Shown here in pieces: positions 1-8,928 of a stretch of 64,000 nt of DNA. The DNA is from an uncultured Acidobacteriota bacterium. GTDB taxonomy: Bacteria > Acidobacteriota > UBA6911. Both the position numbers and the translations under genes were made by a program. The notes below the pieces were generated by a model. The model was not told the DNA's origin. It was given only the letters and a program-made list of their open reading frames with translations, and did not search any database. The stretch spans positions 70,091 to 134,090 of the forward strand of contig CAZHQK010000128.1 in assembly GCA_964534795.1 (NCBI GenBank), given 5' to 3'. The first letter of the stretch is position 1, and the number at the start of each line of letters is the position of its first letter.

Positions 1-950
1 ATCTCCAGGGCGCGGGCGATGGCATCGAACGGCAGCGTTTCGCCGACGATGCACGAGGGGCGCAGCGTGCCCCCGGCCACCAGCGCGATGGAGCGGGCAA
101 AGTCCGCCGGATGATCGTAGATCAGGCTGGGAATGATGCGAATCCCCTCGCGCACCACACGCAAGGGGATGAAGCCGGCGGGCGAAGACGAAAGCCCGAG
201 CAGCATCACCTGCGCCCCGCGCGGCGCGGCGTTCATGACCAACTCCACGGCCGCGGTTGCGCCGGCGCATTCGAAGACGGTGTGCACCTCGCGGCGCGCC
301 CATAATCCTGCAGCATCGTCCCCCGCGGCAGGGACGGCCCCGAGGCGGGAAGCCATTTCCAGCTTCTCGGGAAACTGGTCATGGGCGATAACGCGCACGC
401 CCTGTGCGACCGCTGCGTGGATCAGGAGCAGTCCCACGACACCGCAACCGACGACCGCGACCGTGTCCCCGAGCTTCGCTCCCGAAAGCAGCAGCGCATG
501 GAGCGATACCGTGAGGGGCTCGATGGTGGCGGCATCTTCATCCGCGACATTGTCGGGCACCGGCCATACGAATTGGGCGGGCGCCGTGGCATACTCGGCG
601 AAACAGCCCGGGACGGTAACCCCCATGCTCTTCTTGTTGGGACAAATGCTCCCGCGGCCCGACAGGCAAAACCTGCATGCGCCGCACGGGTAGTTCGGCT
701 CGACGACGACCCGCCGGCCTGCTTCGAGACGGCCCACTCCCGGCCCTGCGGCCGCCACCGTGCCGACGAATTCATGGCCGAGGGTGAACGGGAAGCCGGG
801 AACCGCCCGATGCCCCTGGTAAAACGAGACGTCCGATCCGCAGATGCCGGCGCGTCTGGGCCGGATCAATACCTCTCCCGGAGCCGGTTCAGGAGGATCC
901 ACGTCGCGGATCTCGAGTTTCCCCGCAGCAACCAACTGAGCAGCTTTCAT
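1..950 (-). CDS. Zn-dependent alcohol dehydrogenase (MDR family, threonine/sorbitol dehydrogenase-like), C-terminus outside window
   Basis: Reverse-complement translation from ATG at 950-948 gives MKAAQLVAAGKLEIRDVDPPEPAPGEVLIRPRRAGICGSDVSFYQGH...GHEFVGTV...CGACRFC...VVGCGVVGL..., the classic catalytic-Zn, structural-Zn (CxxC) and GxGxxG Rossmann motifs of MDR alcohol dehydrogenases. AGGTG RBS lies upstream. The ORF runs off the window start. Confidence 0.8.
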   Translation of the reverse strand, partial: MKAAQLVAAGKLEIRDVDPPEPAPGEVLIRPRRAGICGSDVSFYQGHRAVPGFPFTLGHEFVGTVAAAGPGVGRLEAGRRVVVEPNYPCGACRFCLSGRGSICPNKKSMGVTVPGCFAEYATAPAQFVWPVPDNVADEDAATIEPLTVSLHALLLSGAKLGDTVAVVGCGVVGLLLIHAAVAQGVRVIAHDQFPEKLEMASRLGAVPAAGDDAAGLWARREVHTVFECAGATAAVELVMNAAPRGAQVMLLGLSSSPAGFIPLRVVREGIRIIPSLIYDHPADFARSIALVAGGTLRPSCIVGETLPFDAIARALE

Positions 951-1114
951 CTAAACACCTCGTTTGCTTGGATTGGATTCTTTCCTGTCGACGATACAGC
1001 CCCGCTGCATGCCCATGGACGCGGGCTCGTGAATAGGGGCGCGGGAACGGCGCCCGGCACCCGCCTGCAACTCGAAGGCCGCCAAGGCTCCGCGGGGACG
1101 AAAGCGCGCGGCCT

Positions 1115-1897
1115 TCAGGCATGGCGCAACAGTCCCTGGGCAAGCGCCCGAGCCTCCGCCAGGGGGATCTGCCCCGGGGCCGACTCCTCCTGCGCCACGG
1201 CGTAGGCCATGTCCGACCCGAAAAGGAATCCCGCCACGCGGGTCAACACCCCCAGGCGTCCCATCGACATGGTACATAGCGCCAAATCGGGCAGGGCCTT
1301 GCGTGCTTCCATGGTCACATTCAGCAACCGCAGGACATCATCGGCCGTCCCGGGCATCACCGCGATCTTTGCCACGTCCGCCCCGCGCCACTTCATGAGC
1401 TTGATCTTTTCCAAGAGCAATTTGTCGCTGGGGGTACCGGCAAAATCGTGAAAGGACAGGATGACGCGCACGCCTCGATCCCGGCACAAGCGGATGAGCG
1501 GCTCGAGCAACGAATCCTCGTTGTCAAGCTCGACGTCGACAAAGTCGGCCATGCCCGAATCTGCCGCCGCCTCCAGGCACGCCCGGCGAGTCTCCCGGGA
1601 TATCTCCTGCGCGCCTCCTTCCTCCCTTTTTCGCAGCGTGAAGATCAGGGGGACATCGGCGAGCAGGCTCCGCAGCCCGCGCAGAGAGTCCAGTAGCGCA
1701 GCGGGAGCCGGATCGGGATAATAGTCCGCCCGCCATTCGACGATGTCCGCAGCCAGATCGCGGGCCACGGCGGCCTGCGCCATAAGCTGCGCCGAATCCC
1801 TCGCCACCAGGGGCGCGCAAAAGAGAGGCTTCGGCCCGCCGTATTCGACGCCGCGCACCGCGAACGGTACCTCCATGCACGGCCTCATCGTCCCCAC
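1115..1897 (-). CDS. aroD: 3-dehydroquinate dehydratase, type I
   Basis: 260-aa ORF. LIFTLRKREEGG matches the type I DHQase 'PLIfT(f/l)R...EGG' signature region, and length fits AroD. Confidence 0.7.
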   Translation of the reverse strand: MGTMRPCMEVPFAVRGVEYGGPKPLFCAPLVARDSAQLMAQAAVARDLAADIVEWRADYYPDPAPAALLDSLRGLRSLLADVPLIFTLRKREEGGAQEISRETRRACLEAAADSGMADFVDVELDNEDSLLEPLIRLCRDRGVRVILSFHDFAGTPSDKLLLEKIKLMKWRGADVAKIAVMPGTADDVLRLLNVTMEARKALPDLALCTMSMGRLGVLTRVAGFLFGSDMAYAVAQEESAPGQIPLAEARALAQGLLRHA

Positions 1898-2263
1898 CTC
1901 CCCGGCCGATCCCCATCGACACGCTCATCTCGGAACATCATCCTGCCTCCCCGGCCAGATTCTACCCGAACTGCAACTGCCATGCCAGTTTGTAATGCCA
2001 TCCGCCGGCCCGCCGTCGCGATCGCGGGCTGGCTGGTGGACGCATCCGCCCATGCCCGAAGCCCGGCGGGAGCGATGCCGCCGCGCCTGCCTTGCCGGCT
2101 TGTCGAGCCGGCCGCGGGCCGGGCCTCCGATTCGAAGCGGCCCGGGATCCATGATCGCCTCGCGTTCCTGCATGGGTTATTATTTCACCTCTTGCGGGCG
2201 AACGGCGCAAGCATCGGGCTTGCCGCCGGCTTCTATGCCGGAATTCCAACGCGGAGGTCGCAG

Positions 2264-3160
2264 ATGCATACCGTAGGGTATATCGGTCTGGGGCTGATGG
2301 GAAAGCACATGGCACGCAATATCCTGAAGGCCGGCTTTCCGCTGGTCGTGCACAACCGGAGCCGGGCCGCCGTACAGGAACTCGTGGCCCAGGGAGCGAG
2401 GCCCGCGGCCAACCCTGCCGAGCTGGCCCGGCAGGTGGACGTGGTCGTAACCAGCCTCCCCGACTCCGGCGACGTCGAACAGGTCGCCTTCGGCAGAAAC
2501 GGCATCCATGAAGGTGCGCGTGCTGGACTGATATTCGTCGACCATTCGACCATCAAGCCGTCCACCGCACGGTCGATCGCCGAGCGATTTCGGGCCTACG
2601 GGGTAAAGTGCCTGGATGCGCCGGTGAGCGGCGGGGATATCGGCGCCCGTGAGGGCACCTTGAGCATCATGGTGGGCGGCCCCGCGGACGTCCTGGAGCA
2701 AGTACGACCGATACTGCAGGCGGAAGGCAAGACGATCACGCACGTGGGCGACAGCGGGTGCGGGCAGATCGCCAAGGCGGCCAACCAGATCATGGTGGCG
2801 GCACAGATGGTCGCCATGGCCGAGCTCCTGATCTTTGCCCAGAAAGCCGGCGCCGATCCGCACAAAGTCGTCGAAGCCATCCGTGGCGGGGCGGCGCAGT
2901 GCTGGACGCTGGATGTCAAGCCCCAGCGCCTCTTCGCGGGAAACCGGCAGCCCGGCTTCAAAGCCTCGCTCCAGGCCAAGGATCTGAACATCATCATCGA
3001 GACCGGGCGCCAATACGGAATCCCTCTGCCTTCTGCCGCATTGGATGCGCAGTTGTACAACGCCATGCTCGAAAACGGGATGGCCGACCTGGACAACTCG
3101 GCCGTCATCGGAGTGCTGGAGAATCTTGCCGGGACGCGTCTGGTCGAAACCGGCAGATGA
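2264..3160 (+). CDS. NAD(P)-dependent oxidoreductase, 3-hydroxyisobutyrate dehydrogenase / tartronate semialdehyde reductase family
   Basis: N-terminus MHTVGYIGLGLMGKHMARN is a dinucleotide-binding motif. Conserved DAPVSGG and catalytic-Lys region typical of HIBADH/GarR proteins. GGAGGT RBS before ATG at 2264. The track ORF begins further upstream in junk sequence. Confidence 0.8.
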   Translation: MHTVGYIGLGLMGKHMARNILKAGFPLVVHNRSRAAVQELVAQGARPAANPAELARQVDVVVTSLPDSGDVEQVAFGRNGIHEGARAGLIFVDHSTIKPSTARSIAERFRAYGVKCLDAPVSGGDIGAREGTLSIMVGGPADVLEQVRPILQAEGKTITHVGDSGCGQIAKAANQIMVAAQMVAMAELLIFAQKAGADPHKVVEAIRGGAAQCWTLDVKPQRLFAGNRQPGFKASLQAKDLNIIIETGRQYGIPLPSAALDAQLYNAMLENGMADLDNSAVIGVLENLAGTRLVETGR

Positions 3161-3226
3161 TGGGGCGGGCGGACCTTGTGCAGCCGGCTGTTCGGCGAAC
3201 AATGCCGCCGATGCGCTGCGGCCGTG

Positions 3227-4303
3227 CTATGGACGGTCAGGCGGTCCGAACGCCGGCGACGGCGACGGCGTCTGCCAGATGGAAAACTTCCCGCTGCAGG
3301 CTCCCTCCACGCGCAGAATGTGCATCCGCGGCCGCTCCGCCGCCAGGCGTGAGAGAGCATCGCGCGACAATATGAAAGCGGCCTTGCCGAAGGCTTCCGA
3401 TTCGGTGGCGCTCGGGGCGACCACGCTCACCTGGCACAATCCCTCGATTGGCTCGCCCGTGCGCGGGTCGAAAATGTGGCTGAAAACGCGCGCGCCCGCC
3501 CGTGCCGCGCGCACGGCCGTTCCCGACGTCGAGACTGATGCGTCGGTGAGCCGCGCAATCGCGAAAAGGTGCTGTATATCCTCGGGGTTCCTTATCCCGA
3601 CCCTCCAGTACGGTCGACCGGGAGGCCGTCCTATGGCATAGAGCGTGCTCCCTCCGGCGTTTACCAGAGCAGCCTCGATGTTTCTTCTCCTGAGCACCCG
3701 AGCGGCCCGGTCGACCGCGTAGCCTTTCCCGATGCCGCTCGTATCTATTTCCATTCCCGGAACGGAATAGAAAACCGATCGCGCATTGTCGTCGAGAATG
3801 ACCTTGCCGAAGCCGACCTTGGCCTTCGCGGTTGCGACGGCGGCTTCCGAGGGCCGTGCCGGAGCCGAACCGAAGAATCCCCAGGCGCGCACCAGAGGGC
3901 CCACCGTCGGGTCGAAGGCCCCCAGGGTGGCCGCATGCAACGCCCGGCATTCTTTGAGAAAGTCGTACAACTCCGCCGGAACCCGAAAGGGGGATCGCGA
4001 AGCTTCCCGATTCATCATGCTCAGCGGGCTTGAGGGATCGTAATTGCTCAGGAGGCGCTCGACTCTCTGCATTTCGTCCAGCGCTTCCGCCATCGCCTGC
4101 TCGGCGTATTTCGCGTCCGGGTGATAGACCTCGATCTCGCAAAATGTCCCCATCAGCCGCCTGGCCTGCTTGAAGGGCAATGCGGCGGGAGACAACGGGT
4201 GGGACAGGCACGACAGGAAGCAAAAGGCTGCAGCCGACGATACCAGCATGGCGAGCCGGCACGGAGGAAAGGACGTCATGAGTCGTCGCCTCGTGTCGCG
4301 CAC
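3227..4303 (-). CDS. apbE: FAD:protein FMN transferase (ApbE family) lipoprotein
   Basis: 358 aa. N-terminal signal with lipobox (FLSC), then the ApbE-family pattern (...MGT..., DTSGIGKGYAVD...). Start codon uncertain among M1, M9 and M19. Confidence 0.7.
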   Translation of the reverse strand: MRDTRRRLMTSFPPCRLAMLVSSAAAFCFLSCLSHPLSPAALPFKQARRLMGTFCEIEVYHPDAKYAEQAMAEALDEMQRVERLLSNYDPSSPLSMMNREASRSPFRVPAELYDFLKECRALHAATLGAFDPTVGPLVRAWGFFGSAPARPSEAAVATAKAKVGFGKVILDDNARSVFYSVPGMEIDTSGIGKGYAVDRAARVLRRRNIEAALVNAGGSTLYAIGRPPGRPYWRVGIRNPEDIQHLFAIARLTDASVSTSGTAVRAARAGARVFSHIFDPRTGEPIEGLCQVSVVAPSATESEAFGKAAFILSRDALSRLAAERPRMHILRVEGACSGKFSIWQTPSPSPAFGPPDRP

Positions 4304-4319
4304 GAAACCGGCGAGGAGT

Positions 4320-4787
4320 CTAGGAGGCTGCCGGGGTCTGCCTCCGCTTGGGTACGAGCATTTCGCGCCGGAAAACCATCACCACTTCCCCGCGCTGGTT
4401 GTGGACGGTGGTTTCCGCCCGGACGATGCCGGCGTCCGGCCTGGAGGGCGATTCTCTCGTTCCGAGGATCACGGTTTCGGCCGAGAGGGTGTCGCCGTAA
4501 AAGACGGGCGAGACGTGGCGGATTTCCTCGTAGCCGAGGCTCGCCATGTACTTGCCGTTGATTTCCGGCACCGTCAGCGCCACGGCCGCGGAAAAGACCA
4601 GCGGTTCAGCGACCCGCCGTCGGCGCGCCGACAAGGCCTCACCGCAGTGCTTGTCGGCCATGGGCGTCCTGTGATTCATCGTCAGAGTGCAGAAAAACAT
4701 GTGGTCGGATTCCGTGATGGTCCGGCCGGGCCGGTGCCGGTATACGGCGCCGACCTCAAACTCGTCGAAATAACGGAGAGTGCTCAT
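4320..4787 (-). CDS. MaoC-like (R)-specific enoyl-CoA hydratase / hotdog-fold protein
   Basis: MSTLRYFDEFEVGAVYRH...ITESDHMFFCTLTMNHRTPMADKHC is typical of MaoC dehydratase N-termini. Start placed at the internal Met (MSTLRY), because the upstream 36 codons look like GC-rich read-through. Confidence 0.65.
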   Translation of the reverse strand: MSTLRYFDEFEVGAVYRHRPGRTITESDHMFFCTLTMNHRTPMADKHCGEALSARRRRVAEPLVFSAAVALTVPEINGKYMASLGYEEIRHVSPVFYGDTLSAETVILGTRESPSRPDAGIVRAETTVHNQRGEVVMVFRREMLVPKRRQTPAAS

Positions 4788-5030
4788 GATCGGATTCCAG
4801 AATCCCCATCGACATGCGCGGGAGCAGGCGGAAGCAGGACCGGCATATCCCGGCCCGGGCGGGGCCGGATCGGAACTCTGCGGAGCGTCGGTCACTCGGA
4901 TACGACATGCCCATAGCGTCTCGAAGAGGCCATTCTTCTACCAGCCCGCCCGCCTCCTGTCAACCGTTGATCGCAGGCACGGCGATAAGCCGCGGGGGCT
5001 GCAGGGCTATGCTATGATTTCCGTGCGCGC

Positions 5031-6119
5031 GTGCGCGCAGCGAGGAATCCCTTGGCGATCATCACGATCTCCTACCAGCACGGCAGCCTGGGCGAAACCA
5101 TTGCCGCCGAGGTGGCGCAGCGCCTCTCGTTCGTCCTGGTGACGCCCGCCCGCGTGGAGGAGATCATGCGCGAGCGCTACCAGCTGGATTACTCTCTGTC
5201 GGGAACGCTGGCGCAGGCCCCGCGCGACCCGCAGACAAGCAAGGTGTTCGCCAACCTGATTTCCGCCATCCTGACCGACATGGCCGTGCTCAACGACCTG
5301 GTGGTCCTGGAATGCGGCGGCCAGTTCATTTTCCGCTCCTTCCCCAACGCCCTGCATGTGCGCATCGTCGCCCCGCGCGATATCCGCGCGCACAATCTCA
5401 TGCAGGCGGCGGGTCTGTCCTTCGAAAAGGCGCTCGACGAGATGGAAGAGCACGAACGCCGCCAGGTGCGCTTCCTGCGCACCAGCTTCCGGCGGCCGGC
5501 GGACGCGCCGGAGCGTTACGATCTGGTCATCAACACCGCCGGGCTGCAAGTCGCGCACGCGGTCGAGATCGTCCTGCAGGCGGCCGGACTCAAGAATCTG
5601 GCGGATTACGGGATGGTATCCAGCGAGAGCGCCGCGCGCGCCCGGCTGCGCAACCAGATCCGCCTGATCCGCTCGCTCACCAGGCTATCGCTCGAGACCA
5701 GCGAGTCGCTGCACCAGTTCGCGCACCCGAGCGAGCTGGTCTTCGCGCGCCTGCTCGATTTCTACGGCATCCGCTGGCAATACGAGCCGCGCACCTTCCC
5801 CTTGAACTACGACGACAAGGGCAACATCACGGAAGCGTTCTCCCCGGACTTCTATCTGCCCGACAGCGACCTGTACGTCGAGCTCACCACGATGAAGCAA
5901 TCGCTGGTGACCAAGAAGAACCGCAAGGTCAAGCGGCTGCGCGAACTGTACCCGGAGGTCAAGATCCAGCTGCTTTACCAGAAGGATTTCGAGGATCTGC
6001 TCTTCAAGTACGCCACCCGGATGCCGGAACAGGAAAGAGTGTCGTCCGATGCACGAAGATCTGGAAAGGGTTCTGTTCACCCGGGAACAGATCCAGCGGC
6101 GGATCGGCGAGCTGGCTGA
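5031..6119 (+). CDS. cytidylate kinase-like family (PF13189-type) protein with extra C-terminal domain
   Basis: N-terminus IITISYQHGSLGETIAAEVAQRL is a P-loop-like pattern of the 'cytidylate kinase-like' family. The C-terminal roughly 150 aa (…SPDFYLPDSDLYVELTTMK…) are of unknown function. The last roughly 70 nt overlap hpt in another frame. Confidence 0.55.
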   Translation: MRAARNPLAIITISYQHGSLGETIAAEVAQRLSFVLVTPARVEEIMRERYQLDYSLSGTLAQAPRDPQTSKVFANLISAILTDMAVLNDLVVLECGGQFIFRSFPNALHVRIVAPRDIRAHNLMQAAGLSFEKALDEMEEHERRQVRFLRTSFRRPADAPERYDLVINTAGLQVAHAVEIVLQAAGLKNLADYGMVSSESAARARLRNQIRLIRSLTRLSLETSESLHQFAHPSELVFARLLDFYGIRWQYEPRTFPLNYDDKGNITEAFSPDFYLPDSDLYVELTTMKQSLVTKKNRKVKRLRELYPEVKIQLLYQKDFEDLLFKYATRMPEQERVSSDARRSGKGSVHPGTDPAADRRAG

Positions 6120-6585
6120 CGAGATTTCACGCGACTATCGGGACCGCGATCTGATGCTCGTCGGCGTGCTCAAGGGTGCGGTGTTCTTTCTCACCCACCT
6201 GGCCCAGGCCTTGAGAATCCCGGCCAAGCTGGACTTCCTGGCCATCGCCGCCTTCTCGCCGGGCAAGGCCCTGCCGGGTGTCGTGCGCATCTCCAAGGAC
6301 CTGGACCTCGACATCCAGGGGATGGATGTCCTCGTGGTCGAGGATATCGTCGATACCGGGCTGACGCTGCGCTATCTGCTGAACATTCTCGCCGGGCGCA
6401 ATCCCAGGAGCCTGTACGTGTGCACCTTCCTCGACAAGGCCACGCGCCGGTTGGTCGAGATCCCCGTGCGCTACCGTTGCTTCGAAATCCCCGACCGGTT
6501 CGTGGTGGGCTTCGGGCTCGACTACGACCAGCGGTATCGCACGCTTCCCTGCGTCGGCATCCTGAAGAGTCACATCTACCAGTAG
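6049..6585 (+). CDS. hpt: hypoxanthine phosphoribosyltransferase
   Basis: 178 aa. LVGVLKGAVFF...VLVVEDIVDTGLTL (PRPP-binding motif) ...FVVGFGLDYDQRYR, collinear with E. coli Hpt. Confidence 0.85.
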   Translation: MHEDLERVLFTREQIQRRIGELADEISRDYRDRDLMLVGVLKGAVFFLTHLAQALRIPAKLDFLAIAAFSPGKALPGVVRISKDLDLDIQGMDVLVVEDIVDTGLTLRYLLNILAGRNPRSLYVCTFLDKATRRLVEIPVRYRCFEIPDRFVVGFGLDYDQRYRTLPCVGILKSHIYQ

Positions 6586-6805
6586 TAGGTCCGGCACGCC
6601 GTGCGGGACGTACTGCGGGCGTGCCGGAGGCACGCAAGAAAGTAGCTTCGTTTATTGATACGCACCTTTCCGGGGGTTCGCCTGCGGCTCGCCCCCGGCT
6701 ACCGGCCCAGGGCCCCTGCCGCGGCCCGATGGTGGGTCCGCCGCGCCGTGCCGCACCCGTGAGATTGTTCCCCCAAGCCGCCGGTCCCGCACATCAGTAG
6801 GCCCG

Positions 6806-8260
6806 TTAGGGAGCGGGAGTCGCACGCAAAAAGACGGTGAAGCCCGCGAAGGATCGCTTGCTCCAGGCGGTATCGGCGAGCGCAGGCGCGCGGAAACCGC
6901 GGCACGGGTCGTCGGTCGCCTTGTCGTAACAGACCACGATCCGGCGCCGGACCTCGGGCCGGGCCAGCGCCCCCAAGCCGGGATCCAGGTCGTCCGCCCG
7001 CAGCGGCGCCAGCTGCGGTTCGTAGTACTCGAGCAAAGGAGCGACCAGCGGCATGGATACGGCATCGCCCGGCTGAGCGGCGCGCGCCACGAACCGGGCG
7101 GTGCCGCGCCAGTCCACCGGCTCCTTGCGCCAATGCAGGGCCGCAACTCCGATCGCGAGCAGGCACATCAGTCCGGCATAGAGGATCGCGGGCGCACTGA
7201 CCCGGTACGGCAGCCTTTCCAGGATCGTCAGACGCTCCCCCACATAGGACAGCCCGTAGCCGGCCAGCAGCACGAGCGGCGGCGTGGCGTGCAGGATGTG
7301 ACGGACCGCAAAGAAGTACCCCGACCAGTACTCCACGACCAGCACCAGCGGGATCGACGGGACCAGCCAGGCAAGCAACCACATCAGCGTCCGGCGCCGT
7401 CCGTGCCGCTTGAGCGCCCGGATGCCCGTAATCAGACCGATCAGCAGCAGACCGGCCACGGGATAGCTGTTGTCGCCGAGCTCCTTGATCAGGCGCAGGA
7501 CGATCTTCGGATCGGCGATCTCCGAGGGGGCGGCCACCAGCGGCCGCGACCAGGCAAAGCGCGCCCAGGGCAGGAAGGCGATGCATGCGGCCAGTGCCGC
7601 CGCCGCGCACCACAGCACGTGCCGCCATTGCGTCCTGGGCATTTCACCGCCGCCTTCGTGTGCGGCATCGACCGCCGGCCCGGCTTCCGCACCATACCGG
7701 CGCACGAGCACGAGGCCGATAAGCTGCGATACCGGCACCAGCAGGCCGAGAAAGCTCTGGTAGAACAGCAGCACCTGGACGGCGCACAGCAGCAGCCATC
7801 GCGCCCAGCGTCTTTCGTCCTCATAAACCAGCCGCAAGAGCAGGTCGTAGGAAACGAGCGTCAAAAAGAGCAGCAGGGCGTAAGGCCTTCCTTCCTGGCT
7901 GTAGTGATACTCGAGAGGGAAGAAGGCGAACAGAAAGGTCGAATAGAGCGCTACGCGCACTCCGAAGAGCCGCGAGGCGATGCGATAGAAGATCCAGATG
8001 GAAAGCGCGCCGAAGATGACCGCATGCAAACGAAGCGTCCAGGTGGACTCGCCCAGAAGGATGACGACTCCTCGCTGGACGAGAAAGTCGAGCGGGCCGG
8101 CGGCGGGCTGCTCCCGCAGCCTGTGCATCAGCTCCCCCAAGCTGGGGCTCCGGTTGATGACCGCCTGCACCAGCTCGTCCGTCCAAAGCTGCCTGCTTCC
8201 CAGAAAGAGCAGCCGATGAATGAAGCCGACCGCCAGGATCGCCCAGAGGATTCTCTTCAT
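6806..8260 (-). CDS. glycosyltransferase family 39 (ArnT / dolichyl-phosphate-mannose mannosyltransferase-like) integral membrane protein
   Basis: 484 aa with multiple hydrophobic helices. N-terminal region with the DE-containing loop (WTDELV), and overall architecture typical of PMT_2/ArnT-like glycosyltransferases. Confidence 0.7.
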   Translation of the reverse strand: MKRILWAILAVGFIHRLLFLGSRQLWTDELVQAVINRSPSLGELMHRLREQPAAGPLDFLVQRGVVILLGESTWTLRLHAVIFGALSIWIFYRIASRLFGVRVALYSTFLFAFFPLEYHYSQEGRPYALLLFLTLVSYDLLLRLVYEDERRWARWLLLCAVQVLLFYQSFLGLLVPVSQLIGLVLVRRYGAEAGPAVDAAHEGGGEMPRTQWRHVLWCAAAALAACIAFLPWARFAWSRPLVAAPSEIADPKIVLRLIKELGDNSYPVAGLLLIGLITGIRALKRHGRRRTLMWLLAWLVPSIPLVLVVEYWSGYFFAVRHILHATPPLVLLAGYGLSYVGERLTILERLPYRVSAPAILYAGLMCLLAIGVAALHWRKEPVDWRGTARFVARAAQPGDAVSMPLVAPLLEYYEPQLAPLRADDLDPGLGALARPEVRRRIVVCYDKATDDPCRGFRAPALADTAWSKRSFAGFTVFLRATPAP

Positions 8261-8315
8261 GGCTTCGCCCGCCGCCTCGCGGCAAGCCTATCCCCTTCCC
8301 CCCCCGAATGCAAGT

Positions 8316-8386
8316 TTCGGTGACAGGCTACTCAACCCCGAAACTCCTTGGACCTGAGTTTGGGGGTTGAGTAGCCTGTCACCGAA
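8316..8386. repeat. near-perfect 32-bp inverted repeat (long hairpin) between two co-directional minus-strand genes
   Basis: TTTCGGTGACAGGCTACTCAACCCCGAAACTC [loop CTTGGACCT] GAGTTTGGGGGTTGAGTAGCCTGTCACCGAAA: 31/32 complementary. Starts at the stop codon of the 8379..8855 gene. Confidence 0.7.
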
Positions 8387-8855
8387 ATAAAAGATAGAGG
8401 TGATAGGCGGTGGTCAGGGCGTAGGCCAGGAGGACCAGCCGCGCGGCAAAGCGCGCCAGCGCCCATTCCTTGTGAAGAATGATGATCGCCAGCGGCAGCG
8501 CGGTGAGCGCGCATTTCACGCATAGGAAGGTATGCACGCCGCCCGAGCTCAGGACCATGGCCATCAGCGGATTGGCCTCGCGCATGTTACGGTGCTGCAG
8601 CTGCAGGGTCGTGAAGGCCGCGTCCAGAAACGACATGCCCAGGATCGCCGTGGCCACGACCCAGCTGCCCCGGTCGTAGATGTCGACATACCCGGGGCCG
8701 TCCGTCGTGCGGCGCCCGGCACTCCGGCGCCGGCGCAGGCGACGAAAGAGCGGCGGAAAACCCGGCGGCCGGCGGCGGTCGTTCAAGGAGCGCCGCTCCG
8801 CCGATCCAGGCCGGCAATGCTCGGACGACGCCGTCGTATCCATGTCAAGAAGCAT
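8379..8855 (-). CDS. hypothetical small membrane protein (Arg-rich N-terminus, 3-4 TM helices; possibly DUF5658-like)
   Basis: 158 aa. Arg-rich cytoplasmic N-terminus (DRRRPPG...RRLRRRRS), then hydrophobic helices. Family assignment by memory only. Confidence 0.45.
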   Translation of the reverse strand: MLLDMDTTASSEHCRPGSAERRSLNDRRRPPGFPPLFRRLRRRRSAGRRTTDGPGYVDIYDRGSWVVATAILGMSFLDAAFTTLQLQHRNMREANPLMAMVLSSGGVHTFLCVKCALTALPLAIIILHKEWALARFAARLVLLAYALTTAYHLYLLFR

Positions 8856-8928
8856 ATATCGGCCGCAGGAGAGACTCGGATTACGACCTCCGCCGCGGCC
8901 CGGCCGGATTCCGTCCCGCCGGCAGGCG

